A stretch of 64,000 nt of DNA from Lama guanicoe (lineage: Eukaryota): the NCBI GenBank assembly GCA_013239625.1, contig MU053652.1, forward strand, positions 6,501,902 through 6,565,901. The letters are read 5' to 3'. A program made the translations under genes and the position numbers. Shown one piece after another: positions 1-13,399 of the stretch; positions within the stretch are counted from its first letter, which is position 1, and each line of letters opens with the position of its first letter. The notes beneath the pieces were generated by a model. The model was not told where the DNA came from, did not search any database, and saw nothing but the letters and a program-made list of their open reading frames with translations.

Positions 1-1409
1 TTAAATGACCATTCCTGTCCTCATCAGAATAGTGGGCAGAAATTCTTTTCTGGTTGGGTATTGGGGACAGGCAGTTCAGTATATTTCTGGTGTTTACTGG
101 AAACATACACAGATACACACACAGACACACACAGACACATATACATTTGGAATCTGCAATTGTGTAACACATATGCACTTAAATTTGATGAAGCCAAAAC
201 AAATACTAGCTGTTTCTCATGGCTCTAAATCAGCTTCATCTAAGTGTTCCCCATGTTGGTAAAACGAAGCACCATCTTCCAGATGCTCAGGCCAAAAATC
301 ATAGTCATTATTTAAAGCTTTTTTTCCTTCACCCCTGCATTCAGTCAGTCAGTCAACTGAATTAGTTCTAGTTCTGCTCACATCTCAAATCCGTGTGTGT
401 CTTCCTTTCTTTACTCTTCTCACTTTAGTGCCTGGTTTGCTATCACCTCTCTGTGCGATTACTGCTGAGTCGTTGGCCTGGATTCTCATCATTACCACTG
501 ACCTAGATTACATAGCATATAAATGCATATATATACATACACATATACATGATAGTTGGTAATCTTCAGTTTTTAGGTTTAATTGTAAAAATTCTGGATC
601 ATAGACTCCTTTTTCAAAATTGGGAGATTTGACTGCACTGGCTCTCCCTTCCCACACAGCCACAGGGCATGTGATTTTTAGGTTGCCAATGTGCCAAGCC
701 ATTCCTGAGGTGTCCCAACTCTGAGGACAGGTATCAGCTGCCGATTTTTACTTTTTATACTTACACTGCTGTTTTTCTCATAGTAAAAATGAGAGAAAAG
801 AAAACTGTTTCCTGCACAACAAACACATCTCTATCAAAAAAATATAAAGTAAAAATACACCTGAAGTATAGTGTGATTCTAAAAAAAGTTGAGGGAAACA
901 TATATCTCTACAAGTGAAGACTATTCCCTCATATTTAATACTCAAGCTTAGAGCATCCATCGTTGAGATAATAAAATTTAGGTGCCACCGTAATACCTCA
1001 GCTGGAGGTATGTGAGTATGGGACTACTGCTCCAATAATACTTCTTTATTCATAACAAAGATGCACATCATGCTTTATGGTTTAAAAATGTCATTAACCA
1101 TGATATTTCACTGGATCCTCACAACACTGCCAAGAAGGGAATGGTGAAGACGAAGGAAGGGCCAGTAGGAGAAGCTGATCTGTGTAAGTGCACGCAGCCA
1201 ATGATAAAGCAGGGAATAAATTTTAGTCTTTGGACCTTAAGGCTTGCACTTCTTCTAACCCAAAGGATACACATCCTATAACATCTCAGTATAAAGAGAT
1301 TTAACATGTCTATCTCATTTGCTTATCATATTCACAGCATTGATACTTAGAGTTCTTCAATCAGAGGATACGAGTGCATTTCTATCGATCATGACACTTT
1401 GACTTCAAG

Positions 1410-1580
1410 GAGACAGTCAGGTTTAACAGACAGAATTCAAGTCTTGGGTTTACATTCCAGTTCGGACATCTACTACCTTCTGTGGGGACCAAAACGTGAT
1501 GTAAGTTCATGAACTGAACTTACTCTGCGAGGCTATAGAGGGGAATAAGTGAGATAATATATGTAAAGTGTCCAGCAGAG
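1410..1580 (+). mobile_element. MIR SINE remnant
   Basis: ggaataagtgagataatatatgtaaagtgtccagcagag core-like sequence. Confidence 0.55.
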
Positions 1581-3444
1581 TTAGGGCTGCTTCTCTTTGC
1601 TCCACATGGCTGGCCACCTTGCCCCCTACCCAATCCACACTGGGCAGCACATCACACAAACCAGAATACAGTGGGTCTGCTCAGACCATCGCTCCAACAA
1701 TGCCCAATAATCCTTGAGCCATGTCCTACAGCTTTTGCTCTAGAATAAATGTTCAACAAATAATAGGTGTGAAGTGACACATGAGAAGTGATTGTTACCT
1801 CTTCCCCATTACCAGGAAAAATGAGAATTTAGCTTGAAATATCTTTCATTACTGATGCCAGGTAGCTATTTTCCTAGTAATAATATTTTCCTCTATCCTG
1901 AACAAATCATAGTGGTGTCTAGAACCCAAAATTTACCTGTGACATCACTGATTTCTACTACCTAAGCAACTGCTCATTAAAATCAAATTTTAGGTACATT
2001 ATATAGTGGGGGCATTCTTTATTTCCTTATTTGTTGACAACATAATTTGAATTTTAAATTATTCCTCTCACTGGATCATGTAGAGGGAAAAAGTACTTCT
2101 CAGCTTAAGATTCAGATCCAGAAATTTGGTGACCCATTTATGGAATTTGCTTGGAAAACCTGGGCCTCAGATAATCAGAAAGTATTATAATGATTACCAG
2201 GAAGGATGGTAGAATTGAGAGATGGGTAGACAAAGCTGTCACATTAAATTATAAACACAGAGGTTTGTAATACAGTTTTATTTTAACAACCAAAAGCTAT
2301 ACTTTATGGGCCATAACCTAAAAAAATAAAAAGCTAATCATTGACTAGAACAAATGTATTTCATATCTTTACACATTGGAACTGAATTTGATAAGAGTGT
2401 ATTAAATTCATTCTGGAACTCTCCAAATTAAAAAAAAAAGCAACTAATTTGGAAGACCAAGGTAAACAATTAAATCTGCATTTTTCTCTTTCAAAATCTA
2501 ACTTGAGATGTCACTATGTGTTTGCAATTTCTTTTCAAACTAGGTACGTCAATTTTCTCCTGTTTTCCTTCTTGTGTCTAAAAATGCAAATAGGCAAGAT
2601 GCATAAGAAAGAAATCTCTTTGAGAGGGAAAATAAAAGGAACGTTTTTCAGAGAAGATTTTGATTGAAAACAGCCTTCGCTTATTTACCAAAGAACATTC
2701 TCAGGAAGATTTTTTATTTCCTCAAACCCATTTGGAAACGCTAACTTGAAGCATGGTGTTTCAGGAGAAGCACTTTCTGAGCTGACAAGCCGCCACTATC
2801 CCTCCTCACTAAGCACTCAACTTTTCATTTCTTGCTATGACAGTGGTGTTAACATCTCCAAGGTGGTGTTTAGGCTGCTCTCAAACTATTCCAATGATTT
2901 GGGAGCCTTAAATTCCTTCCTGAAAAACACAAAGTGGATAAAGTTTTTGAGCTTTAAAAGAAGAGTGTACTTTGAGTTTCCACGGAATAATTCATAGGTA
3001 TGTTCAAATGGGCATGCTAGGTTTATCTAATTTTATGGCTGTAATGGAAAATTTAGAAATTTAGAAAGTAAAACCTAGCATTTAAGTTTCCAGATTTTGT
3101 TATATGTAATATAATAATGAAAACAGAGACACTGTCAAAGGCCAAACAAAGTATGGCATCTGCTCTCTTTCCTAGATTCAAGGTACCCTAATGACCTTGC
3201 TCACAATGTGCATTAGCGCATTCTCCAGGCCACTGAAACAAACATGAATGCCCATCCTGCAACCACACTCCAACCCCACCCAGCATACAAAGCCCTGCCA
3301 CCTCCCCTGGTCACTGCCCCAGACCTAATCCCCTTCCTGCATCACTTGCAGGACTATGCATCTTATGCAGGCTAGCTGCACGGCTTACAAAACGCAGGAG
3401 ACACAGGAGGACGAGTGCTCCAGATGGGCTGGGAACTTGAAGCA

Positions 3445-3795
3445 CCATTCTGATCTGATTTCAGTTCTTTTGGATTAAATACTCAAAAGTGGGATTGCTG
3501 GATCAAATGGTAGCTGTATTTTTAAGTTTTTAAAGAACCTCCGTATTGTTCCAAAACAATTGTACCATTATGCATTCCTACCAAAAGTGTACAAGTGTCT
3601 CATTCCTCCACATCCTTGCCAGTATTTATTAGTTTTTAAAAAACACAACAGCCATCCTAACGGGTACAAAGTGATATTTCATTGTGGTTTTGATTTCCAT
3701 TTCCCTGATGATTAGTGACGTTAAACATCTTTACATATACCTGTTGCCCCTTTTAATGTCTTCTTTGGAGAAATGTCTATTCAAGTCCTTAACCT
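3445..3795 (-). mobile_element. Old L1 fragment (ORF2 3' region, antisense)
   Basis: gggattgctggatcaaatggtag...ctttggagaaatgtctattcaagtcc is the antisense of the L1 ORF2 3' region. Confidence 0.85.
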
Positions 3796-4622
3796 AACTT
3801 GATTTTATGTCTAAAGGATCTAGTAAAAGAAGAATAAACTAAACATGAAACTAGCAGAAGGAAGGAAATAATAAAGATCATAGCAAAATAAGTGAAACAG
3901 AAAATAGAAAAACCATAAAAACTCAATGAAACTGAGTTTTTTTCAAAAAAGATATAACTGACAAAACTTTAACTAGAATAACCAAGTAAAAAGAAGATTC
4001 AAATAAATTGAATCAGAAATGAAAGAAGAGACATAACATTAATGCCACACACACACACACACACACAGAAGAATCATAAGAGACTACTATTAACAATTAT
4101 ACATCAACAAATGAGTTAACATGAAGAAATGGAAAAAAATTCCTAGAAACACAACATCCCAAGACTGAATCCTGAAGAAATAGAAAATCTGAACAGACCA
4201 ACTATGCGTGAGCAGACTGAATCAGCAATCAAAAACCTCCTAACACAGTGAAATCCAGGACCAACCCTTCCCTAAAATCTGAAGATGAGGGAACATTTCC
4301 AAGCTCATTTTATAAAGCCATCCTGATAACCAAAAATCAAAGACACCACAAGAAAGGAAAACTACAGGTCAATACCTCTGATGAAATAGATGCAAAAATT
4401 CTCAACAAAATACCAGTAAACTGAATCCAACAGTACATTAAAAAAAATTATACAAAAGCCCAAGTAGGATTTATCTCTGAGACGCAGGAATAGTTCAACA
4501 CACAAAAATCAATTAATGCGATACACCACATTAAGAGAACAAAGGTTCAAAAATCACACGATCATCTCAGTAGATGCAGAAGTATTTGCTAAAAATCAAG
4601 ACCTTTCATGATAAGAAATCTC
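3796..4622 (+). mobile_element. Old L1 ORF2 fragment (region between endonuclease and RT)
   Basis: gaagaaatagaaaatctgaacagacca, gatgcaaaaattctcaacaaaata and atcatctcagtagatgcaga are typical ORF2; contains (CA)11 at 4046-4067. Confidence 0.9.
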
Positions 4623-6989
4623 CAGTGAGATTTCTGGAGAAACTATGGAGACGTTACATGGTGGTAAAGGTCGGCAGGAACTGAAGGTAGGCGAGATTAA
4701 TCTGAGATTTTCTAATAATACCATCAGTGGCAGGAAGAAGTAAAACTAGAAAAAAAAACCGTATCTTTTAGGAGAACAGATTTTTTTGACTAAGCATTTT
4801 GAAACAGAAAGATACATGTAATTAACAAAAGGATTTTAAAAAACATGCCTTGTAATACATGCTAAATAGAGATAAGACAAGACAGTGGAGGGTTTAAGTG
4901 ATGTGACGTCAGGTATTGAATGAGTCTAGTAGACATTTCAAACCACTTCTCTTTATCTCCCTACCTTTGAACATGTTTGAATAAAGTACAAAAGTCAAGT
5001 AAATAAATATTATTAATAAAGAATCAACATCTTTGAGATATACTGAGACCTCATGGCTAAGGTGAAATGCTCCAGTCGGTCATTCCTGCATGGTAAGAGA
5101 CTGTGGTGGAGATCTGTGGTGCCATGTCATGCTATGCAGAGAACACTATAATGTTACACTATCAAATAGTAAAAAAGATCTAAATACAGGTTATGTGCTG
5201 TTTTAAGCCCATTTAAATGGTGACCTCACTACAGCCTGTGGTTTTCATAATAATCAGTTTCTGTACAATGATGAAAGATGCTTCCAAAGCTGGTTACTCT
5301 ACCTGAACCAGTCATTCTTAGAAAGAAATTATCATTATTTCTTTTTTTTTGTAACTGAGTTCTACAACACTCCTTTCATCTCTTCTGCCCCAGAGACGAA
5401 ATTATTAACCATCATCCTATTAAAAGATTTTTGTTTTTAGCAACAGAAGTTTTTATGCTTCATCAATGAGTAACTAAGAATAACCAACAGGTCTATTGAG
5501 TGGTTGCGGTGTCCCAGAACTTGTATTTCTGTATATGAAGCTGAAGAGTAATTGGAGAGGGAGAGATGTATTTGCAAACTGCCACATAACATGAGTTCAC
5601 ACAGAAATTCTCAAATAGGACTGGTATATAAAGTGCTCAAGCATTTTACTAAAGGGAAAAGGATATACGGTAGATAACAAAAAAATCACTGGATATTTTC
5701 CTCTTCTGGTATTTCTTTTGAACAGAACAGGATTTTTTAATACATAACTACATATTAAGTTTTAATACACATATACATATATAGAAAATACACTGATCCA
5801 AGAAGCAATTATCAAAAAGAAACAATGTCAAAAAGAGATTGTAACAGAACATCGTTCTTTTTGATTCTCTTCTGTTGGAGTGCCATGCTTCTGTTTCTAG
5901 TGTATATACATTGTCCTTTCTTCTCTTTCTGGCTCTCTTCTTTCTGTTATGCACTCTCTCTGTCCAACAGGTAAAGAGTGACTGGGGGAGAAGGTGCAGG
6001 AGTGGAAAATAGTGGAGTTCAGGAATTGTACTGGGCTAGGTTTTTTACAGTAATACAGAGGAGACATTTTTGTTTGCTTGTTTGTTGTGTTTTGTTTCTC
6101 CAGTTTTGTGTTTAAGGGGAATGTGTATTTAATTTTCAAGTTAGGTATTTTGTGGCATTTCTGTCAATTGTAAATATTGTAAATTGGGTATTTTCTTTCC
6201 TTCACCAGAGCCACAATGCACTTAACAGAGAGATAAATGTGATATTATCTGTAAGTTTCCATTCTTTCTTCTTCTGCTGTTTGTTGTTGTTGTTGTTCAT
6301 TTGTTTGTTTTGTCAGTTGCTAGTTGGTCTCTGGAGAATTGGAAGAAAAAATAGTAAAAGTAATGTCTGGTACAGACTTGGTACTAACTGAACCTAAGTT
6401 GAGCTTCTGGATTGCTAGCTATCTTAATATCTCGAGAGACTTGGAGAATAACAAAATAAAATAAGACCTTTTGAGACAGAGATCAGACAATAAAGACTTT
6501 AAAGTTTGTTCTTCTTTATTAAATATTATTTTTGACATATTCTTGAATATATAGTCTTAATTTAGAAAAACGAATTTGTATCAAATTCACCTTCATTTAG
6601 TTCATTCTTTGGCCTGAATGTGGGGATTTATTCCTGAAAATATTTTCATCTGATCATTCTTCTGATTCCACTTTTATTTGGCTGGTTACTCTAAAAGAAT
6701 GCCAATTTTACTTCTTATGTTTCTGTTTTTTTGTAATTTCTATATTAAAGCTGTGGATTACTTTAATGAAAAGAAAAATTAGTGACATCCTCACTACAGC
6801 TTCTATGAATCCAAAGTTGAAGCAGAAATGAGCTGATGGTTAATAGAGAATGATGGTTAGGAATCCTCATCTACATGATGAGAATATCCTCACAGTAAAG
6901 GATATGACATCTTCACATCTGGAGAGTAAGAGAGAGAAAATCAACTTCCGACTACCAACTATCAAACATATTTTTCTGCAATACACAGC

Positions 6990-7870
6990 TTTATTTCTTT
7001 ATTATTAACTTCTAAGGTAAAATTTACATACACTGAAGTGTACAGATTATAATATATAATTTGATAAATTTTGTCAAATGTATCTACTCATGAAATCAAC
7101 ACTCCAACCAAGTTACAAAACATATCCATTCTCCCAGAATGTTCTCTAGTGTCCCCTTCCAGTCAGTAGCCCCCACGCTCCCACTGACAAACTGGTGTTC
7201 TGATTTCTATCACCAGAGATCAGTTTCTCAAGTTCTTGAAACTACTAAAACCAGAGTCATAAACAGTGTACTATTTGTGCCTGGCTTCTTTCACTCAATA
7301 TAATATTTTTTTGAGATCCATCTAGATCGATGTGTTTATCAGTAATTCATTCTTCATTCCAAGATTCCCAGGTGATTCTAATCTGTATTTCTGGTTCTAT
7401 AAAGTGAAATGTATAGATGCCCAATGGTTTTTGACAACTGTATATTCCCATACAGCTATCACCCAAATCAAAGATACAGAACATTTTCAGCCAAAATCCC
7501 CTTGGTGTTTCTTGTGCCCAGTCATTCCCACTTCTTTCCACAGGAAATCATTGTTCTAATTTTTATCACTACAGACACATTTTGTCTGCTCTAGACTTCA
7601 TATAAATAAAGTCATATCATATACATTTTTAGTGGTTGGCTTCTTTTGTTCAGCATAATATATTTTGAGATTAATTTATATTATTGTGTGTTATCTGAAG
7701 AGGACTGCTTTTTATTGCTGAGTAGTATTACATTGTTTGGATATAATATTGTTTATTCATACTTCTGTTGGTGAATATTCCAGTTGCTTCTGGTTTTTGG
7801 CTACTATACTAAAGCTGCTCCAAGCCTTTTCATACCTATCTTGCTTGGAGACATCTGTTTTCATTTCATT
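6990..7870 (-). mobile_element. Ancient L1M (MC/ME-like) 3' end fragments, two tandem blocks
   Basis: tttacatacactgaagtgtacagat..., ctggcttctttcactcaatata, ttttattgctgagtagtatt. Confidence 0.75.
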
Positions 7871-8080
7871 TGTTCATCTCTAATTCATATGTGAGTGAGT
7901 CTAGTTCAATGAAACTGTCCAGGGCAATTGCACTCCCTCCCTGCCTGCACTCATGCAATCCTACAGTCTCTACTTTGCAGGATAATGCATGTCAGCTTTT
8001 GACACACCTTTAAAAAAAATGGAATAAGGTTATTTCTGTAAATTAAAAAAAAGGATTCCTTTAAATTTATGTATCTTGTC

Positions 8081-9805
8081 CAAGACAAGGATGCCCACTA
8101 TCACCACTCCTATTCAACATAGTCTTGGAAGTCCTAGCCACAGCAATCAGACAAGAGAGAGAAATAAAAGGGATCCAAATTGGAAAAGAAGAGGTGACAG
8201 TGTCACTATATGCTAATGACATGTTACTATATATAGAAAACCCTAAAAAGTCCACACACAAACTACTAGAGCTGATCGAAGAATTCAGCAAGGTAGCAGG
8301 TTACAAGATTAACGTTCAAAAATCAGTTGCATTTTTTTACACTAATGACGAATCAACAGAAAAAGAAAGTAAAGAAACAATCCCCTTTAAAACAGCACCC
8401 AAAGTAACAAAATACCTAGGAATAAACCTAATCAAGGAGGTGAAAGAATTATACACAGAAAACTATTGATGAAGGAAATTAAAGACGACTTTAAAAAATG
8501 GAAAGATATCCCATGCTCTTGGATTGGAAGAATCAATATTGTTAAAATGGTCACACTGCCCAAGGCAATCTACAGATTTAATGCAATCCCTATCCAATTA
8601 CCCAGGACATATTTCACAGAACTAGAACAAATCATAATAAAATTTATATGGAACCATCAAAGACCTAGAATTGCTAAAGCATTACTGAAGAGAAAGAAAG
8701 AGGCTGGAGGAATAACTCTCCCAGACTTCAGACAATACTATAGAGCTACAGTCATCAAGACAGCATGGTATTGGTACCAAAACAGACATATAGACCAATG
8801 GAACAGAATAGAGAGCCCAGAAATGAACCCACAAACTTTTGGTACAACCACACAATCCAATCCAAAAATGGGCAAAAGACCTAAACAAGCAATTCTCCAA
8901 GGAAGACATACAAATGATCAATAAGCACATGAAAAAATGCTCAATATCACTAATTATCAGAGAAATGAAAATCAAAACTACAATCAGGTATCACCTCACA
9001 CCAGTCAGAATGGCCATCATTCAAAAATCCACAAATGACAAATGCTGGAGAGGTTGTGGAGGAAGGGGAACCCTCCTACACTGCTGGTGGGAATGCAGTT
9101 TGGTGCAGCCACTGTGGAAAACAGTATGGAGATTCCTCAAAAGACTAGGAATAGATTAACCATATGACCCAGGAATCCCACTCCTGGGCTTATGTCCAGA
9201 AGGAACCCTACTTCAGGATGACACCTGCACCCCAATGTTCACAGCAGCACTATTTACAATAGCCAAGACATGGAAACAGCCTAAATGTCCATCAACAGAT
9301 GACTGGATAAAGAAGAGGTGGTATATTTATACAATGGAACACTATTCAGCCATAAATAGTGACAACACAAAAACGACAACGTAACACCATTCGCAGCAAC
9401 ATGGATGCTCCTGGAGAATGTCATTCTAAGCGAAGTGAGACAGAAAGAGAAAGAAAAATACCATATGAGATTGCTCATATGTGGAATCTAAAAAACAAAA
9501 ACAAGAACAAAAAAATAAAGCATAAATACAAAATAGAAACAGACTCATAGACATAGAATACAAACTTGTGGTTGCCAAGGGGGCATAGGGTGGGAAGGGA
9601 TAGATGGGATTTCAAAATTGCAGAATAGATAAACAAGATTATACTGTATAGCACAGGGAAACATACGCTAGATCTTATGGTAGCTCACAGAGAAAAAAAT
9701 GTGACAATGAACATATATATGTTCATGTATAACTGAAAAATTGCTCTACACTGGAATTTGACAAAACATTGTAAAATGATTATAAATCAATAAGAAATGT
9801 TAAAA
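8081..9805 (+). mobile_element. Young 5'-truncated LINE-1 (ORF2 RT to C-terminus, 3' UTR, short A tail) with internal deletion
   Basis: ORFs 8125-8469, 8466-8924 and 8839-9159 are typical L1 ORF2 ([10 protein letters not shown], with the RT YADD motif mutated; [10 protein letters not shown]-terminal domain). Perfect 18-bp TSD aaatttatgtatcttgtc at 8063-8080 and 9806-9823, preceded by TT (endonuclease site). Confidence 0.97.
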
Positions 9806-12769
9806 AAATTTATGTATCTTGTCAAGATAATGGTTCTGAGTTTTTCTTCATGATAAACACACATAGGAACAGAAAGATGTAAGGGAAGATCAACTCATGT
9901 ATTCACTCTGTTCAACTTGTTGAGTCATTCACTTACTCAACAAATGGCTATAAAGTGCCAGCTTTAAATGAACTATTGTGCTAACAGATAAACTGGAACT
10001 TTAGAAACTTTAGTTTATAATTAATAGAACATTTTGTTCGCATGAAAGCAACTAATTTTAGGTCAGAAAATTCAGTGGAAATAAAAGTCATAATGGCTGC
10101 CAAGCCCTGTTTAGCTGTATCACCTGATTATGTTTTTGTTTTTGAACACGACTTGGTTTAGAGTTTTAGAGCTAGGCTGGTAGTAAAGAAATGCTCTGTT
10201 TTAAATGGATATCACAGTTCTCATTCTTCAAACCAATTATTGAGTCTATTAACACCAAGCAATTTCTTATCAAATAGAACACAGGAAGACAAGTGAAATG
10301 ATTAACTCTTTTTATTGTAGCAAGTAGTCACACCTTCCATTCTGTTTGTGAGTGGGAATTCCTTGGCAAACGCCATTTTGCTGAATCAAGGATAAGGATC
10401 ACAGTTAAGGACAGTGATACTTTAACAGTAATTCCTCTAGTTTACATGTCTGACAAAGAAACTCGTAAAAACACAGTGGCATTTTCTAATTTTGTTTTGT
10501 TTTGAATTTAAAACTAATTCCCAGCTCAGAGTCCAAGCTGTTTCGGTTAAACATACATATGGTTGTCCTGGACTTGAGCCGGGAGCTCTCTCTTTCCCTC
10601 CTGGGGCCTGACAGGATGATTTCCTAGTCGATATAATATCATAATGCAAATATCAAACGATGGACACTGATGACCCTGTTTCTACAGCACTCCACTCATT
10701 CCCTGCGAGGTCCTTTTGTTAGAATTAGGTGTGGCAGGTACAGCAGCTCTCGGGTTCCTGGCTGACGTTCCCTCAGCCACATTCTTCCCTCTGACTTCGT
10801 TTATATGAATAGCTGCCATCTACAGTATCTGAGAGTTAAAAGCAATGGAATACTGCTATTATAAATGTGTTTTAAAATCTTTCCATTATGCTATTGATGG
10901 CTTAGAAACTATTCACTTCTTTCTAATCTTTAGTATTTCTTTCTAAGGCCAGATTTGCCTAACTGGTTAGTAAACAGGCTTATAAAAGCATCAAATGATT
11001 TCAAAAGTGAGGGGCAACTGAGATCCATAAAAATAAAGATTCTTCCGTAAGGTTTCTTCAGGAATTTTAAATTACTGCATTTTTTTTTAATGTTCTTCTG
11101 TCTCTCTCCAAAATTCTCAAAATTAGATCCTCTATTATTAGTTGGAGAAACTGAAGATTATCTACAATTAATATGATTTCACAGATCAATGTATCCTATC
11201 ACTAATTCAACTAGATTTTTATCAAGCATCTATAATGTGCCCAAATCTGAAATGTCCAAAATAGTGCTTGGGTCCAATTTGATGTTTTAAAGATTGAAAA
11301 ATTAAGTCAAAATATTTGTTTGTTGATTGCATTTTATTCCCATTTAGTGCATATTTGTTTAACAGTTCTACATTATCTCATTTTCGACCTGTGCGTTACT
11401 TATAGATAGGAGGTTTACAGATTTCAAATATTTGCTTCGCACAGAAGTACCTTCTACTTCCTTTCTGCATACCCATATCCCAGGAGAATTTAATCCTTTT
11501 CTAGGGTATAATGGTTTGGATACTGGTGGTGTTGTCTGACTCATGGATTCACCTACTTTCATCTTTAAAAATGAATTAAAAAATGATCTTTGAAAGGACA
11601 CTTGTCAGTATTTATAAATGAATCTTCTTTGAGGTCATTCCTTTGATCTCTGAATTCCTGACCATACACCATCTGGGGACTTCACACATTTAAGAGCTTG
11701 TTGGTATGGTTTTTATTATATATCTGCTTCTAACAATGTTCCCTAAAGAAAATGAGTCCTTGTGCTGGCAAACAGAATAGAACTAACTGCAGAGATGAGT
11801 AGTTATTTTTCCCCATAATGATGAAACAGAACAAAACAACTTCATATTGCACCTTGAACAAATCAGGCTATAAAGAAAACCAAAAACATAAAATTACAAG
11901 GATACAGATATAGAAAGAAAGTAAGACATGTCTATTCACAATATAGACTAATCATCTCAGTTAAACTGAGATTAAAACTCTGTTAGGTTGAAAAAGTAAC
12001 TTTCTGAAGAAGCAAAAAATATATATATTTGACTATTTTTTTCTGACAAGATTTCTTTTTTCTTCTTTTTTAAAAAGGAAGTGTTCATTTCAATTAAACT
12101 GTCAATTTGGTATGTGTGTATACAGCCTCTTTTAGATCAACTGTTTGTGGGCTTATGGAAAATGTGATAACCATAATACAGACATCCAAATATAGTTTGA
12201 TTTCAAATTTAAGGAAAAAAAAATACCTTAAATGCAGATCTCTTGAAAATAAGATAGCACCAAATATGCTTCTAATCCATCCACTAGAAGCTAACTAAAA
12301 TGACTAAACAGAGGCAGAATTTGAGATGGGATCATGGATTGGCCTCAATTAGTACCAAAACGGAATGAGTAGATGGTGCTAACCATCACTGAGAAAAAAT
12401 ACCTGCTAAACACTGTATAGATGGGAAAAAACTGGTGGAGGGCACCAAGAATTCATACATTATTCTCCTTTCAACGACAGTGAGGTAGTATTGAAAAGAT
12501 GTGGAAGGATTTCTTGCAAACCCAAGTGACTCCATTAATTTGGAGGAACAGTGGTTACACATACATTTCACATATTCTATTCCTAAGAATTTACTTGAAG
12601 AAAGTCTTATATCATTTATAAAGAATATATGAAAGTCTACAGTTCACTAAAATAAGAATCAAAATAGCATGTAAGTAGAAAAAATTATTGCATTCAAGGT
12701 TTTCAGGTGGGCACTGATGCATTTAGATACAGAAATGTTTAATTATCATAATGGCATGGTTTAAAAAAA

Positions 12770-13365
12770 AGAAGCAAGGAGTATTTCCAAATTCATTCTA
12801 CGAGACCACCGTTATGCTGATACCAAAACCAAAGACACTACAAAAAAAGAAAATTAAAGGCCAATATCTCTGGTTAATGTGAATACAAAAACCTCAAAAA
12901 ATATTAGCAAACCAAATTCAACAATATATAAAAAGGATCATACACCATGATCAGGTAGGATTTATTCCAGGGATGCAAGGATGATTCAAAAGCCACAAAT
13001 CAATGTGATGCACCACATTAACAAAAGAAAGGAAAAAAATCACATGGTCATTTCAATAAATGCACAAAATAATTTCACAAAATTCAAAATCCACTCATGA
13101 TAAAAACTCTCATCAAAGTTGGTGGAGAGGGAACACATCTCAACATAATAAGAGCCATATATGACAAACCCACAGCTAACATCATACTCAATGGTGAAAA
13201 GCTAAAAGCTTTTCCTCTAAAATGAGAAACAAGACAAGCATGCCAACTCTCTTTACTTCTATTTAACATAGTATTGAATAAAATACTAGCCACAGTAATC
13301 AGACAAGAAAAAAGAAATAAAGGGCATCCAAACTGGAAGGGAAGAAGTTAAACTGTCACTGTTTT
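12770..13365 (+). mobile_element. L1 ORF2 fragment (RT N-terminal region)
   Basis: aaaaggatcatacaccatgatcaggtaggatttattccagggatgcaagg...ggcatccaaactggaagggaagaag. Confidence 0.9.
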
Positions 13366-13399
13366 CCATTTCTAAGATGAGAGAGTAATAAAGCGTCCT

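Noticed and set aside
5971..5985. VKSDW, resembling the ITSN1 VKGEW microexon
   Set aside because: No GT donor after the 15 nt and no flanking ITSN1 exons in the window
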